DNA of 64,000 nucleotides. It comes from Pavona decussata. Its lineage: Eukaryota. The DNA is taken from the NCBI GenBank assembly GCA_977016875.1, contig CDRNST010000167.1:434001-498000 (forward strand), written 5' to 3'. The notes beneath the pieces were generated by a model, which was not told the DNA's origin, searched no databases, and was given only the letters and a program-made list of their open reading frames with translations. This document shows, one piece after another, positions 14,701 to 29,200 of this stretch (position 1 is its first letter; every line of letters begins with the position of its first letter). Position numbers and translations under genes: made by a program.

Positions 14701-17236
14701 AATAAACAACCTAAAAGAAGTGCTTTAATAAAAACTGAAATATGAAAGACTATCTCAGTTATATACGCAGCTGTAAAAAGAAAGCCTCAACTTCTTTTCT
14801 TTTTTCAGGCTTTCTTTTCACAGCTGCTCAAGTTGGGTACATAACTGCAATGGTCTATTATTAATTATCAATTCTTCCATCCGCAGTTCAAATACATGGA
14901 TTTCATATATTCACTTTCCTAATAAAAATTGTTAGATTGGCTGCTGAGAGAAGCCAGCAACGATGCTGCCTCTTGTTGCCTTCTAACTAACATTAAGAGT
15001 GAAATCATCACAACAGCTCTTGTAGAAGTCTTCCGTCTCACCACTAACCTTCACTGGTAATAAATTCAAGAAACTCTTGCATTTCCGCCATCTTCTGTAA
15101 TGACTGTAGTTTGGCAGACCGGCTGGCAGACATCATGGAGTCCAAACCTGCCCAGTCCTGTAATTAATGAAAACATCTTATTTCACTATCGTTGTGGAAA
15201 AAAGAGGTAAATAAACGAATGATATACCTTTCTTAGAGCAGTAATAACTAGTGCAGGGCAAAACAACCAAATGGTCAGTAACGTGTTGTTTTTATTGTTT
15301 GTTTGCCTCATTTAGGTCGTTTTTCAATTGCCTTGAAAGTAATTAGCGTTCGCGTTGTTTTTGCTTTACTATGCTCTCTTATTGGTAAGCGCAACTCGCG
15401 CCAATTTCTCAACCAATGAGGAACAAAACAAAAACCAATCGTGAGTTGCTCGCCCTCGCTTCCTCGCGCTTAGCACAGTTTACATATATTTGCTTCGAGT
15501 TGTCATTGGTTAACTGCGCTGTCTATTCTGATTGGTTAGAATGATTACACTGGGTTTGGCTTTACGTCATTGAAATGAAAACCGCTCTAACTAGTCATGC
15601 AAACAAAAGTACCTTGTATCCTTACGTTTCCAGACACCTAAGAGGGAACACTCACGTTTCCTTATAGGCTGATTCATTCCTAAAATATACTGTGACAGCA
15701 TGTATACTGTCGACCACAGGGATAGAACATGTCCTTTTTCTCACAGTCCAAGTCACTCACCATGAGGAAACTCTGTTCATATCTCCCAGCATAGTACGAT
15801 GCTCGGTCATAGTCATCTTGAAGCAGATACATTAGAGCAAGGCTGTCACTGTGACGATCCTGTCAAACATGCAAAGCAATCACGTTAATATTTTGGTGTG
15901 AGGTGAACTGACAGAGTGGTCAACCTTCTGCCCTGTCCTGTCTGACTGGCTGGATTTGTAAAATTTCATTCCAGAGCTAGTTCTTTGGGTTACACTGATT
16001 TGTATAATGTATAGGTAGCTACTACTCTTACTGATGATTGTAACAAGGTCAACACCCAACAACGTGCGTAATTTCTTAAGGACGATGCCTCCTTTTATTA
16101 CTGCAAATACATTCTGTGCATCTTGGGATTTACCAGGCTTAAAATATATCGTCACATTTATCCATTAGCAATGAACTGTTTCAAAATACTTTTATATTAG
16201 GAGGCACCGTCCTTAATACCTTTGTGTCCGCCTGCACCTTAAACTAACACTCTGCAATGTAATTCGACTCAATTGCAGATGCAATGTTGTATTATATGTT
16301 TTCGTGTCTCCAACTGGCGTAATAGTGCCTCAGACAGGCAAAGATGATTGTTACCTGTAACAGTGCTGCTCTCTCGTTATTTCGCATTGCTCTAGTCACA
16401 AACAAATTCAGTGAATTGTCCTGTCCTCCCTGGCACTGTAGCTTCAGTTTGCTTGTTATCAGGTAAGGAAGGTAGTGCTCCTACAAAATAAATGTACAAT
16501 TCACGTATTTAGTTCAGCAGTCCATCACATTACTAACTATTTACATAATATATTACAAGCAGAAAGAAAAATGTAATGCAGTTGCCGCAGCTTACCTGGA
16601 AAAACGTGTCTGTCCATACTTTATCAAGATCTGGAGAATCATAATCGTCTATGTTTAGAACTGAGAACTTTTCTAAGTTTTCCCACTGAGTCAGGTTCGC
16701 AAAACACTGAAATGAAAAACCAAATTAAGGCTTCTTAGTAACACGCTTACAATTCTCACTTGATGGTCATGGTATTTGAATTAACAAATGACATCAAAAG
16801 TGGATCACATATAAAAAAAGAGGAACATATCCAGGGCCAGGTTGGAATGTACTATTGCTATGATCACAACGTCATACAGTATTGTACGGTTGGTCAAGAG
16901 ATTAAGCAATTTGGCTTCTTTTGTTTATGACCTCTTAGTATACAGCTATTTCAATTAACGTTGTCGGATTAAAATCAAGTTAAAAGACAAGACCGCAATG
17001 TTTTGTGGGATTATTTTTTATGAATAATTTCATCAAAATCATCCCTGCACGTGCAGGACATTGTACTGCTAATTACAACCTATTGTTTTCTCAAGGCATA
17101 ACTGATTTTGATGAATTTATTCATAAAAATCCCACGTAAACTTTCGGTCTTGTCTTTTAGCTTCATGCTTTGAACCGACAACGTTAGTTGAAATGACTGT
17201 ATACCACACAAGTGAATAGTACTTTTCGTGCGCGCT

Positions 17237-17273
<37 letters not shown>

Positions 17274-20200
17274 CACCTCCGAGCAGCCGAAGAGAAACAA
17301 GATGGCTTCCCGTTTCGCCACGGTTACTTAAGAAGAAATTTTTTCGATAAACGAGGAGGCTGGTAAAATAAAAAAATACATAAATGACAACAAAGTTTGG
17401 TTTGACGGCATTAAATGGTATCTTTTCAACCTCATATTCTAAGGCAAAAAATGAAAATACAATCCCTTGCTTACGAAAACTGCCGAGCACTAAAATTACA
17501 ATGAAAACAATGACCCATCTATTATTTTTTTAGCATGGTTTCAACAACAAGGCGAATTTCACAGAAAAATTGAAGAAATGACACCGTAGGAACTAAACAA
17601 GTGTCTCCAAAAGTTTTAATTGTCTGCAAGAAAGCGAGACGGAACTTTCTACGATAAGAAACCGCTTACCGCGTGGCGCGCGAGATTTTAAAATTTCATA
17701 CCATTTGTAGGTATACACGTATTGTCAGAAGTAAAATAATTTTTTGGTTCACTAGTTATTCAGTTTGTGTGGTATATACTAAAACAATTATTCACTTCAG
17801 TATCGGTGAAAGTGATAGATATTTACCTCGCCGCTTCGCGGCTCGGTAAATATCCATCACTATTCACCCCCACTTCGGTCAATAATTGTTAAACAGTGTA
17901 AACATACCCTATAATAAATAAATTAGTGATAATTGGTAAGTCAGGATTATTGACCTGGACTGAGGAGATATGTGCCGCACCTGAGGGTTCGAAACAAGAG
18001 GAACATATCACATATCCCCGAGGGACAGGTCAATGACATGGATATTTGTCAGTTGGTGAGGTTTTCTGATGCATACAAACTAATTGTTCTCTCGTCAACA
18101 ACATTCCACATGTACATGATGACTTGCAAATACGTCTGCAAGGCCTCGGTGGGAGTTACACGCGAGAACATCGGATGGTAAACATGTTTTGCTGTCTGTT
18201 GCAAATTTCCATTATGCACTTTGCTTCGTAAGGAACGAAAATAAAAAAAAGTAGTATTCACGGTATTCTCATGGATCAACCTCGCTACGACACTCGAAGA
18301 ATGGATTACATGGCAGTAGGCTTTCTAAGGGACACAGAAAAAAGGTCTAATGGTTCAAAAGAAAAACAAAAAGAGATTCATGAACAAGTTGAAGTTACAT
18401 GAAGCTATGATTCTGTCGAATTGTTTGTTTTTCTCTTATTGGTTAAAGGGGAAGTATCACAAAAATTTGCTGTCATTTCAAAACCCAAAAATGTTTGACA
18501 GTTAGCAGAAACAACAAAATAATTGTCAAGTTTGTTAAAAATTATCACTCCAGTACAATAAAACTGTCGATTAGTGCCTCTGGCCAGAGACAGGGTACGC
18601 CGGTTTCGATTGAAACTTGAAAAATATTAGGCTAATGTTTTTCAAGTTCTCGCATTTTTGTTTCCAAAATGCGCTAGAACAGATCACGAGTTGTTTCTTT
18701 CAAGAATTGAGTTGATTTCGTTCCTCTCGTCATTCTAGAATTATTATGGCAGCTGATTGAAGGTCTTATTTCATCATTTTTAACAAAAGATATCAAGAAC
18801 CCCATGATACTTCCCCTTTAAGACCACGTTAGTTTTGTAGAAATGATTGATACAATTGTCTTATATCGTTAACTATTTAGACTGAATGGTACAATGATTC
18901 ACTATGGTGGTGATTGCTAATCACCTACAGATAAGACGCAGCGCTCGAGTTACGCTTGTTAGATAGGGTTAGTGTCAGCTTTCAGATTGCTCAATCTTCT
19001 TCAATGTCACCCGAAACGATTACCCTCTCGACTCCTTGTAGTCAATCTCTAGCGTGAGTTCTAATCTCATTGCACCACTATAACGTCTCTCAAGTCAAAA
19101 GCTGACAAATCAGCGTAGAAGTCAAAATCTGCAATCGTGGAACCCGGTCACGAGTTCCCGTATCAATTGTTCGAACAGTTGGCGCACTTCGACCTGGAAA
19201 ATCCTGAAGAGAATCCCATAGCTTCTCTTGACCGATCTCAAGTGGCTTGCAGAGACGCTTGGAGAGATCACATGAACAGAGAGTTAGAGTTGGTACAGCT
19301 TCAACAGTTAAAACTGGCATTGGAATTGGAGGTTCTTCGTTTACTCCTGAAAACGGCACCCCAATCCTTAGCCACTCCAGGATCTACAGCAAGCATTTCG
19401 AGCAAGAAAAGAGTCGTAAATTGGCCACAAGATTTTATGCTAGGTACGTCGGCAAAATGTAGTTTTTGAATCAGTAGACCTTCCGGCTTTTGTAGCCAGC
19501 TACATGGCCATGGTTGAGCACTACGACGCAGATGCGAACAAATCCATCCTCGGCATCCTCGAATTACTAAGACTAATGGTCAAGGCGACTAGTTATTCTT
19601 GAAACAGTGCCCGTGCTTTCTATTCATATCTAGCGCGGCAAGTCGAACAACGTCGCTTGGAATGAGAGAGCATAGTGGAGATTCGCGAAACTGCGTCGAT
19701 ATTTTTTACGCATTCAGACTTGTGCTCTACCAAGGTCAATTCTTCGCGACCAACGCCCCCTCACCAAGCAAGTTCAAATTTTTTAGAGCAATTTAGGAGC
19801 TGTCAAACTTGGAATTATCGAGGGTCCTGCTCTTGCGATTCCGAGGCATCGAACTAAGTCCCTCATCACATTTGTCGGGTCTGCAAATCCGCGGACCATC
19901 CCATGTTGCATTGCCGAAACGGAAAGTGCCCATTCCTGATCGACAGTGACTAACCAGCCACACTATTTGTTTATCTCTGCCTTCAAAACTCGATCACAGC
20001 ACGGACACGGACACGAAAACGATTTATTATTTATTACATTTATATATTTATTACTTGCCCCCACCAAATTGTGCGAGTGGTGATCGCTCATATGCTCGCC
20101 TCACGATTTTCGCAGCCTAACTCATTCAGAGCTGGAGCGCCAGTTTATACCCAGCTCAATATTCCGGTTTGGAGAGCCTATCTTAAGGAATAAGCCAATC

Positions 20201-23200
20201 GCAATGTTGCAGACTTCCTAGAATTCGGCTGGTCTATAAATTACGCTGCGTCCGTCATGCCAATGCCTACTCGTCAAAATCACCAGTCTGCGCTTACCTA
20301 CCCAGATCATATGGAACACTATTTGCATACGGAACTAAGCGATTGCCGCCTTTTCAGATACAATCCTTTACATCACTGTATGTACATGGACTGTCCATTT
20401 AGTGTTATTTTATTGTCTTTTAAGGGGCCTCTGCGGGAGACTAGGTCGAGAGGAATATATCGAGGGGGATACATTATTGCATTGTACTGCCGTTGTTATC
20501 ACTGAGCTATTGTTTCAGCCCCGCCCTCCTGTTACAATCAAAGCCAGCACCAGCTTCTCAGATCAAGAACAAAGAAAACCGAGCCAACTGAAACATAGAC
20601 AAATGAACTAGCTCTTTGTCAAGGAGGATGAAAAAAGTATGAACGATAACTAAAATAATTTTGTTAACATATTTTGAAACTCAACTTGGCCAGTTGAACA
20701 GGTTCTTTTACTAGCCGTTCATTAATTCCAGTCTGGCCCGACACTTGCCTGTAACCTGCCATCTTCCCACAAATCTTCTTCTTCTTGCTGAGGTTCACCA
20801 TCTTGCCAGGTCTCAGTAGCAAAAGCCTGTTCAACAGATTATCATATATCAACCAAGACGATAAATTTAACACTTAAACGAAGTCAGTACGCCGACAACA
20901 ACGTATCAAGCAATAGACAGTTTTTCTCACGCAAGACTTGATTCTGGAAAAACTGTTACCTCATTGTACAGTTTGAGAGCTTGTGAAAAGTCTCCGCGTG
21001 CTTCTGCTTCCAAGGCATCCTGGGTAATGGGTTTGGTACCAATGTGTCCAGTAAAGATTCCCCGTAACACGTCATAATCACCCAAGGACCTGTACAACCT
21101 ACAGAGAAACAACAACAGAGCAAAAATAGAGGATAAAAGAACTCGCCATCGTGATAATTGCACAGTAGACTCTGGATTATTAAGCGATAGAATTCAACCA
21201 ATGACACCATTGACTTCTACTTAGTGATCGTATAAATAAGAGCTGGGAGACTTACTTTGACAATTCTATCCATGTTGTGGTTACTTCTGAAGGTGGGGCA
21301 ACAGCGGATCTCGCTCTCTTGTGGCTACTCTGGCCATCATCGTCAATCTGCAGTAACTGTTTCTCAAGCAGCATGATCCCTACAACCCAAAACATAGTGA
21401 ATGTTCAAAACGAGCCCCTGGTATAAACACACTCATCTAAAAAAATAAAAATCGGCTGCAGAAGTGGATTTGTCAAAAGCACTGTTACTCTGCCCATATG
21501 CATCAGGCATCCATTGATTCACTGAGATGTGTAATGGTAATAAAACAAACACGATTAGGGATACTCGAAGCTCATAATTGCCTTGTGTGAGCGCCGGCTC
21601 ATTATGCTGTGGTGTGCATCAGCATTAGCTGCCTACTCTTCTTCGATATGTTCAGAACACCACAACACTTGCTGGAAAACAATTCAACATTACATAAGAA
21701 GCACTTCATTTAGTAACTAGGGCTTTAAAATTACGACAATTCCATTTACCAATGGGCTGCTGTAGGCTTGTCAAACATGCTGTACTAACAGAGGTTGGGT
21801 CGATAGAAAGTTTGTACTCATGGTAACAAATGTCCTAAGGAAATAACATACACTGTTAGATAAACTGTCATTATGCGTACACCACGTTTTAACATGATAA
21901 GATATGATATTGAATAAGATCCTTAAAAAATGCCTCGCAAAATAGGTTACTAGGTAATTATAAGAAAATCAAATATAAATTAATGAAATTTTAACTGAAA
22001 ATTCCAATGCTGCATTCGTATATTTAAATAGGAAATGTGCAGAACCCAGTGCTCGTTATCAAAGCTGACAGAATATTGTTTATAAAAGAGAAAGAAACAA
22101 ACCTGAATACTGGAGATGAATGCAGGGAAGAATTGTGTTGAGGAGGACATCACGTTATTCACAGCTGACTTGATGTTTGATGTCACACTGACTGCCTCCC
22201 TCTCTGGCAACTTCTCTTCAATTTGAGAAAATATTCCTCGAAATAGCACACTGAACAACTGCTTAGCAAAAGTGCTGTCACACTGAAACAAATAGAACAA
22301 AACACGACAAAATATATGCAATACGTTATTTACAACAATAAGAACCTCTTATTGCTGAAGTAGGCTTCTGACGTCAATTGGCGGATTGATCACATCTCAA
22401 TCAAAAAGGTACAGGTAATTGTTCTTAAGGTTGCAAGGTCACCTCCACCGATCATCTACACTAAACATTACATAAAAACTCTCCACTCTCCTTTTCCTAA
22501 TGGAGGATGGCTTAAAAACCCCAGCAAGTTAAAACAAGTAACAGTTGCTTTTCACCTGTGCTACCGCTTGTAGGGGTGCAACGAGTTCAGAAAACTTGAT
22601 CTGAATATCTGGCAAGTCACCAGTGCGATATTTCCTGTACATGACAACACGGCTCTCACGGGAAGCCTTCTGCCTCTCAGTGGCTTGCTGTATAAAAATA
22701 ATAAAGACATTCTTAACAAACGACACTGATAACTACTAAGGTTGCAATAAGAATGACAAGAGCGGAGAAAGCAAGATAGTGTTGGCAGGTGCTTCAGCCC
22801 AGCTCCAGAAGATTATCAATGCAAATAAAAGAGAAGGTAAACATAGAGCTCAGTAACCTGCGTTTACTGTCACAAGCATATCATGGAGAAGAAACAAAAA
22901 TTCTGACTCCTCTACGTACACGTTCGTGACAAGCTAGGATCAATAACGTTGAAAATTATGCGTGGGTCTTGTTTCTGACCTGCACTTCATGATTTTACCA
23001 AGTTTGCCAATGCACCTCTACACCATGAAAGAGTCGAGTAGCAAAACCATAGTGTTATAGGCTGTACTTAGAAGGTCCCTAACTGCAAGAATATTTTTAT
23101 TTCATATGGAGAAAATAATTCGACACACATTTGTGGACAACACTGGCTTGAAGCGTATTGTTACATTCTTGATGGAATTTGCCTGCCGTTCTATTCAATG

Positions 23201-26200
23201 ACTTGGTAATCAGGAGTAAAAATTCACACAGGATTACTTTGATTACTTGAGATAACACACCATTCAGAAAATGATTATATGCATAATTATTTCTAATTTA
23301 AGCAATCATGGAAAATTCAAAATAATCTCAGAAGACAGTATTTACTCGGCCAAACTTGGGAACATAATGTCAANNNNNNNNNNNNNNNNNNNNNNNNNNN
23401 NNNNNNNNNNNNNNNNNNNNNNNNNNNNNNNNNNNNNNNNNNNNNNNNNNNNNNNNNNNNNNNNNNNNNNNNNNNNNNNNNNNNNNNNNNNNNNNNNNNN
23501 NNNNNNNNNNNNNNNNNNNNNNNNNNNNNNNNNNNNNNNNNNNNNNNNNNNNNNNAATATCTATATAAATATATTCAAATGCGCCATCCTAATAATAATA
23601 ACAAAAAAATAAAAATAAAAAGAAACTTATGGCTAAAATTAAGAAATAGTCTAAGCTAAAAATGCCTTTTCAAAAAGGTGAGTCTTCAGCTTTCTCTTAA
23701 AAGTATCAATAGAAGTGGGTTCCCTGATAAGTCTAGGCAGAGCATTCCATAACTTAGGTGCGGCAAACACAAAGGCCCTTTCACCGAGAGTAGCCTTAGG
23801 CTTAATATTCGGATAACTAAGCAAGGTGCTGTCGTTAGAACGTCTTGAGTTATATCTGGACACAGGCTTAGAAATAATAAATACGAAGGTGCTAGGCCCC
23901 TAAAAATCTTAAAAACAATCAACAGAATTTTAAATTCAATCCTAAACTTTACAGGCAACCAATGAATTTTTAGTGTTTCAGGCAAGGCTTCGTATCAGTG
24001 ATATAATAATTTATTTATAAGAAAGTGCTTATTTTTGTTTACCTTTCTTAGTATATTCCTCTTTGCCATTTGTTTCGCAAAGAATTCGCTTCTGTCAGTC
24101 GTGTCTTTCAGGAAACGCCTTTTCAATCTTGAAATTTCATCCTTCCCACTTGCTCCTTTAACAGTAAACAGCACAAAGCAACTATCAAATGACGTGAAGA
24201 ACAACATGTTCAGGGTATAACCTGATGCCCTGCGTATATGTGAATACAACAAAAGCATCCATGATGGTATTTAAAGGTAGTCAACTCAATGGATACCTGA
24301 ATGCTACATTCCGCAAACCGTTCCACCGACAAACAATAAACCTATTCGTTCCTTTTTCAAAGTCTGTTCTTGCAAGCTTGCTTCATTTCAAAAGCTTATT
24401 ACCACGATTTTCAAAATCCAAAAGCTAATACTAAACTAGAAGTATCAGCACCCTTAAGTGCTACGGAAAGTAAAAGAGGTGCTATGAGTTTGACGTGTTA
24501 ACAGACAATTGCGGTGTGAGTCACTCGTTGGAAACAATACCAATTGAATAGACAGCGCAGTGGTATAGAAAGCGGACCTTGAGACTGCTGGCTTGGGTCT
24601 TGTGAGGGCATCATTTTTTGCCTTCCAAAGTCAGGAGGAACAGGTTTGAACGCCCTTCTGTCGACTCTTCTCTGTGAGGTGCTGAACAGTAATGATGACT
24701 GTGCTTGGGTGGAGGTGGTAACAAAAGACTGAACAGGAGTTGATTCCTTAAGCGAGAGAAAGAAAGTAACTGAGTGAAAAAGCTGAATCCTCCCGTGAAT
24801 GCAGTTCATTTATTACTATGTCTTGAAGTGTTTGGCAACATAATCAAATTCAATGTGAAACTTTCAACCGAGTAGACCATGTTTAATTTGGCTGACAGAA
24901 AAACGCGCCTGTCCACAAAATAAAAACGCAGACTGAATCTTCTTTTGTTGCTCTAAATCATTACGGATATAAATGTAATACAAATGCTCCTCGGAGACCG
25001 TAACATGGAGGCTAGCTTTTATGAACATGATACCAGCATTGTGAATTAAGAAAACAAAACAAAAAACGCATTTTGTAAAAATGATGAACTAGACTGGGTA
25101 AAACACATCTAGCCACCTGCTATGACATAAGCTAAGTTAAATCCAGTCCAAGGGATTAATACATCAAATGGAAGACAAACCTGACTGGGATTAAGCCAGT
25201 CGAAGGTCTGCGATCTCCCATGATCCTGAGTTGGAGTGAACTGTAGATTCTGTGTAGCCCTCAGCTCAGGACCACCATCCACTGACATTGAGCCTTGTGT
25301 TTGCGTCATCCCAGAGCTAAACGAGCTTTGAGTTGCTGCAAACAGGGGTGTCATCAACACATGCCTCTGTTGCCATGAGTAATTTATTTGGTATTCCTGT
25401 ATAAAAAGGAGGATTGAAATGTTAATTATTGCACTTACCTGAAAGCATGTCATGGTCACTGATACTGTAAACTCTAATCTCACCTCAAACTTGCACTCAG
25501 ACAATGGCTGCTCAAACATCATGCGGCCATAATCAGGGCTGAGGGAGGTCAGGTGCAGAATAAGGTTTGTAGTGTTGCCCAGGTACTGTTAAAAGGTGAA
25601 TTTTGAAACACAACTGAGTCAGTTAAAATTGTTTATGACTCATGGGGATGCGAATCTAATATTTATCATCATCATACTGACATCATTTGTAAACAATAAC
25701 TTTGGCCAATGAGAAACATGCGTGTGAAATTTCAAGCTCTAATGGGCGTCTGTTTGTAACTAGTTATAACTATATCCAAACCTGATTCTCAGTGTTGGGT
25801 GAATACATGGCTCGTAATACTTCAACCAAACGTTCCAGCGTGGTTCCTGGGAGTCGATTCTCATCACTCCAGAAATTTCTTAACTTCAACCTAATGTACA
25901 AGTAAATACAACAACTAAAGACCGAGCAGAATAACTATAAATTATGCTTAGTTGCAACTCTTATTATTTGTAAGAAGAAATTAACAAGTATATCACTGCA
26001 CCAGTAAACAAGTTATGTACTTAAGATCTCTGTTGTCATCTGCAAGGCCTTGAAGGAGGCAATCTTTTGCGACAGCCAGGATATCTGCAGCACCTTCCTC
26101 GGCCTGGAATAACTCATCGGCTCTGCAGATAAATGCATCAGACTTTCACAAACTGAACTTTACGCTGGCGCCGTATCCACGCAAAAGTGGAACTTTAAGA

Positions 26201-29200
26201 AGTTCAAAACATTAACTGATTAGTACTTGATTCATGACTCTTAATTTATCAGTGCTAAATTTTAATTCCCCTTCAACTGCTCCTTTATTGTAATTCAAAT
26301 AGCTTACATAAACACACCCAATTACATGAAGTAGTGAAAACAGAGTTCAATATTATATACTATAATGACTAACATCGGCGATGTTATACATTTTTCCCAC
26401 TATTGCAGCTTTCAGAGGAATCCTGATTAGACGATGATGCAAGAACAACATAGACACGGTATCTTAACTGGTAAAGTAACTTTTGACAAGCATTATTCTG
26501 GCAGCAAAGAAAATTACAATTTTTCGGTTGAACTTTAAGAGCTACAAGAGAGCCAAACACTTCTTGATATCATTTTAACTACCAAGCCGGCTGTTCAAGG
26601 ATTGTGGCGTTTCTCATGTAGGAATTAGTGATCAAGCGATGGTATATGGTCTTATGGCAGAAAAAACGGATTTTGTCTCGGTCAGAAACTTAAAGAAACT
26701 GAAAGAAAAAGAACTGCAAAGGGATTTGCAGCAATAGATGAGCAATGTTTTTACTGGCACACCCTTCATGAAAAAGATGAAGGCAAGACCCGTAGACGTG
26801 CCTTACATGACGGTAGATCCGGAAGAAACGGAGGTAAGCGTTTCAAACCCTAACGAGAAACTTCTTTCAGGCATTTAGAAAACCAACTGCTTAAAGGGGG
26901 GGGGGGGGGGGGGGGTTCCTAAAGCCATTTTTCCGCCACTTGACATGTAGTCAATAATTAATAGACGGACACCAAGTTAGTCCACTAGCAACCTGGGGTG
27001 CTCTTGCATGGGTATCAACTGTCTGTTGGTGTTCCAAAAATCATTTTCTTTCTTCTATCCCTTCTTAAAACCTCTTCCAATTTCATTCAAATTTAGGTAG
27101 AATCCCCCCTTAATAGGATTCAGCTCATGTTTTTTAGCTTTCTCGTCTTCACGTCTTTTTACCAGAATTACAATACTTCTTCTGAAATATTGCGTAAATA
27201 CATCTACACAAATCTGGCGATAAACTGTCGATTCATCTAGCTTAACATAATTTTACAACGCACTGGATTTTTCAATGCAACACGGTCACGGTACCGGTGA
27301 CATCAATGACAAGGACGTTCTTTACACGGACTTCTATTAACATATCGCACTTGGTTGCCTTGTGCCTCCAACTGGAGAAGATATGGCCATCCAAAGTCGC
27401 TAACACCCAGACTCCTTTATCTTTACAGTTACGGTTAGCCCCCTTAATTTTTTTTCAAAAAGATGTAAACCGCCCAATTTTAAGTAACCCTTACAAATAG
27501 CCTCCTAATCATGTTCTCTGCTCTTCAATTGATAACACCCTATTTAGACAGTGAACTACAACGCTTATTTGGATGTAGTGACGTGACTTATAACGTCATC
27601 ACCCTAAGTTTGATATGAGAGATATTTGATATGTATGTAGTATTTCCACATGGAGTCGCATCCTTTTGGACTTCAAATTGAAGTTCAAGATATTTTGTTT
27701 CAAATTTTTTCCGGTGTCAGGCTCTTATTATAATTATATATTACTTAACGGTGGTTCCGAAAGGTCCTATAAAATCAAAATTATACCGATCACCTAATTA
27801 ATCAAAGGTGTTAAAATCATAAGGTTTTTTTACCATTTGCTCGACTATGTGTTCATTCGTACCCATGTTATTTCTTTGAGACAAAACGTAATATCACGAC
27901 AGTTGTCTAGTATGTAACAGAATGTAACAGAATACAAACCTGAAAGTGTCGTAAATCCAGATGAGTATATCATACATAAGCTCTCTGCACATTGTGCTTG
28001 GATGAGTTACAAAGGCAGTTACTGATGGAAACAAAAACTGGAGTTCTGGAACAGTCAGCTTTTTCAGTAAACGCTGAATTATCCGAAGCATTGCAACCTG
28101 GCTTCCTTCATCTCTGAAATATTTTGGTATTTGTTAATCACTTCTTGTATGTGAATTGATCATAAGGGTACAGCTGTTACCACGAATACAAGTACAGTAG
28201 AAACCTGCAAACTCGAATTCCCAAGGGAAACAAAACATTCTTCGGGTAAGTGGGTTTGGTGTTGAAGTCCAAGTATCCTTTTAATAATTAATAAAATGCC
28301 GTGGTTTCATCATTTTCACAATCACGGGTCAAATTGGTGCAATACGTCTGCTTTATAAAGAGCCTTTTGATAAGAACGTTTAGTTTGGGAATTTCATAGC
28401 CAAAATTTTATGAAAATATACACGTTATCAATAAAGATGAAATAGTTTTGCAATTTGGCTGACATTTTACAGTTTACCAAGCGATGTTTTCAGAATAGGG
28501 TTCGAGTTATCGGGGTGCTCGAGCCAATAGTAAATGACTGAAAAAATGGGGTCAAATCCAGGCAAACTAACAGTCACAAAAAGTGACTTCATGAGTTCAT
28601 CCATCTCCTAACAGACTCACCTATGAGACAAAATTTCTTTTAATCCTTTTGTTTTCAGCTCTGTGAACATGTTTGGAATATGCTCTGCTCTGGAACAAAC
28701 AATCTCAAGGCAGTATTTTTTGAAATCACCATGTACAGAGGGCAGCTTAAACAAGATCTGATTCACAAATCTGAAATTAAACATGAAACACAATTGTACT
28801 TTTAAGGTGTTTGCATACATAGATTGGACATCTTACAGTTAATTCTATTGTAAGCATACTCTTGGAAAGAAAAGTCAGCAACCTTTAAATAAATAGACTA
28901 CTGCATGTACCTGTCGACAATAGGCGGATAGTTGAGTTGTAGTTTGTGTACACACGTGATGAACTTGCCAGGTTCTGGTTTGGCTGAATTAATTAACGTT
29001 GACAGCTTCTGAGTGACCATGTCATGTAGAGGACCATCAAATACCTACAAAATATACTGCATATTTTATCTGGGCTTAAGGTAGCGTATCTCACTTACGT
29101 TGAGATCATCATCTCAACGACTTTTCGCTGCCCTGAGAACTTGATTGAAACGTTTGGGAAGCGTGCTAATGTTGTGTCGGCAACTTGATACTGGAGTTCC

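Noticed and set aside
26896-26915. G20 homopolymer (possible G-quadruplex)
   Set aside because: Isolated run in repeat-like intronic DNA; homopolymer length is unreliable and there is no functional evidence.
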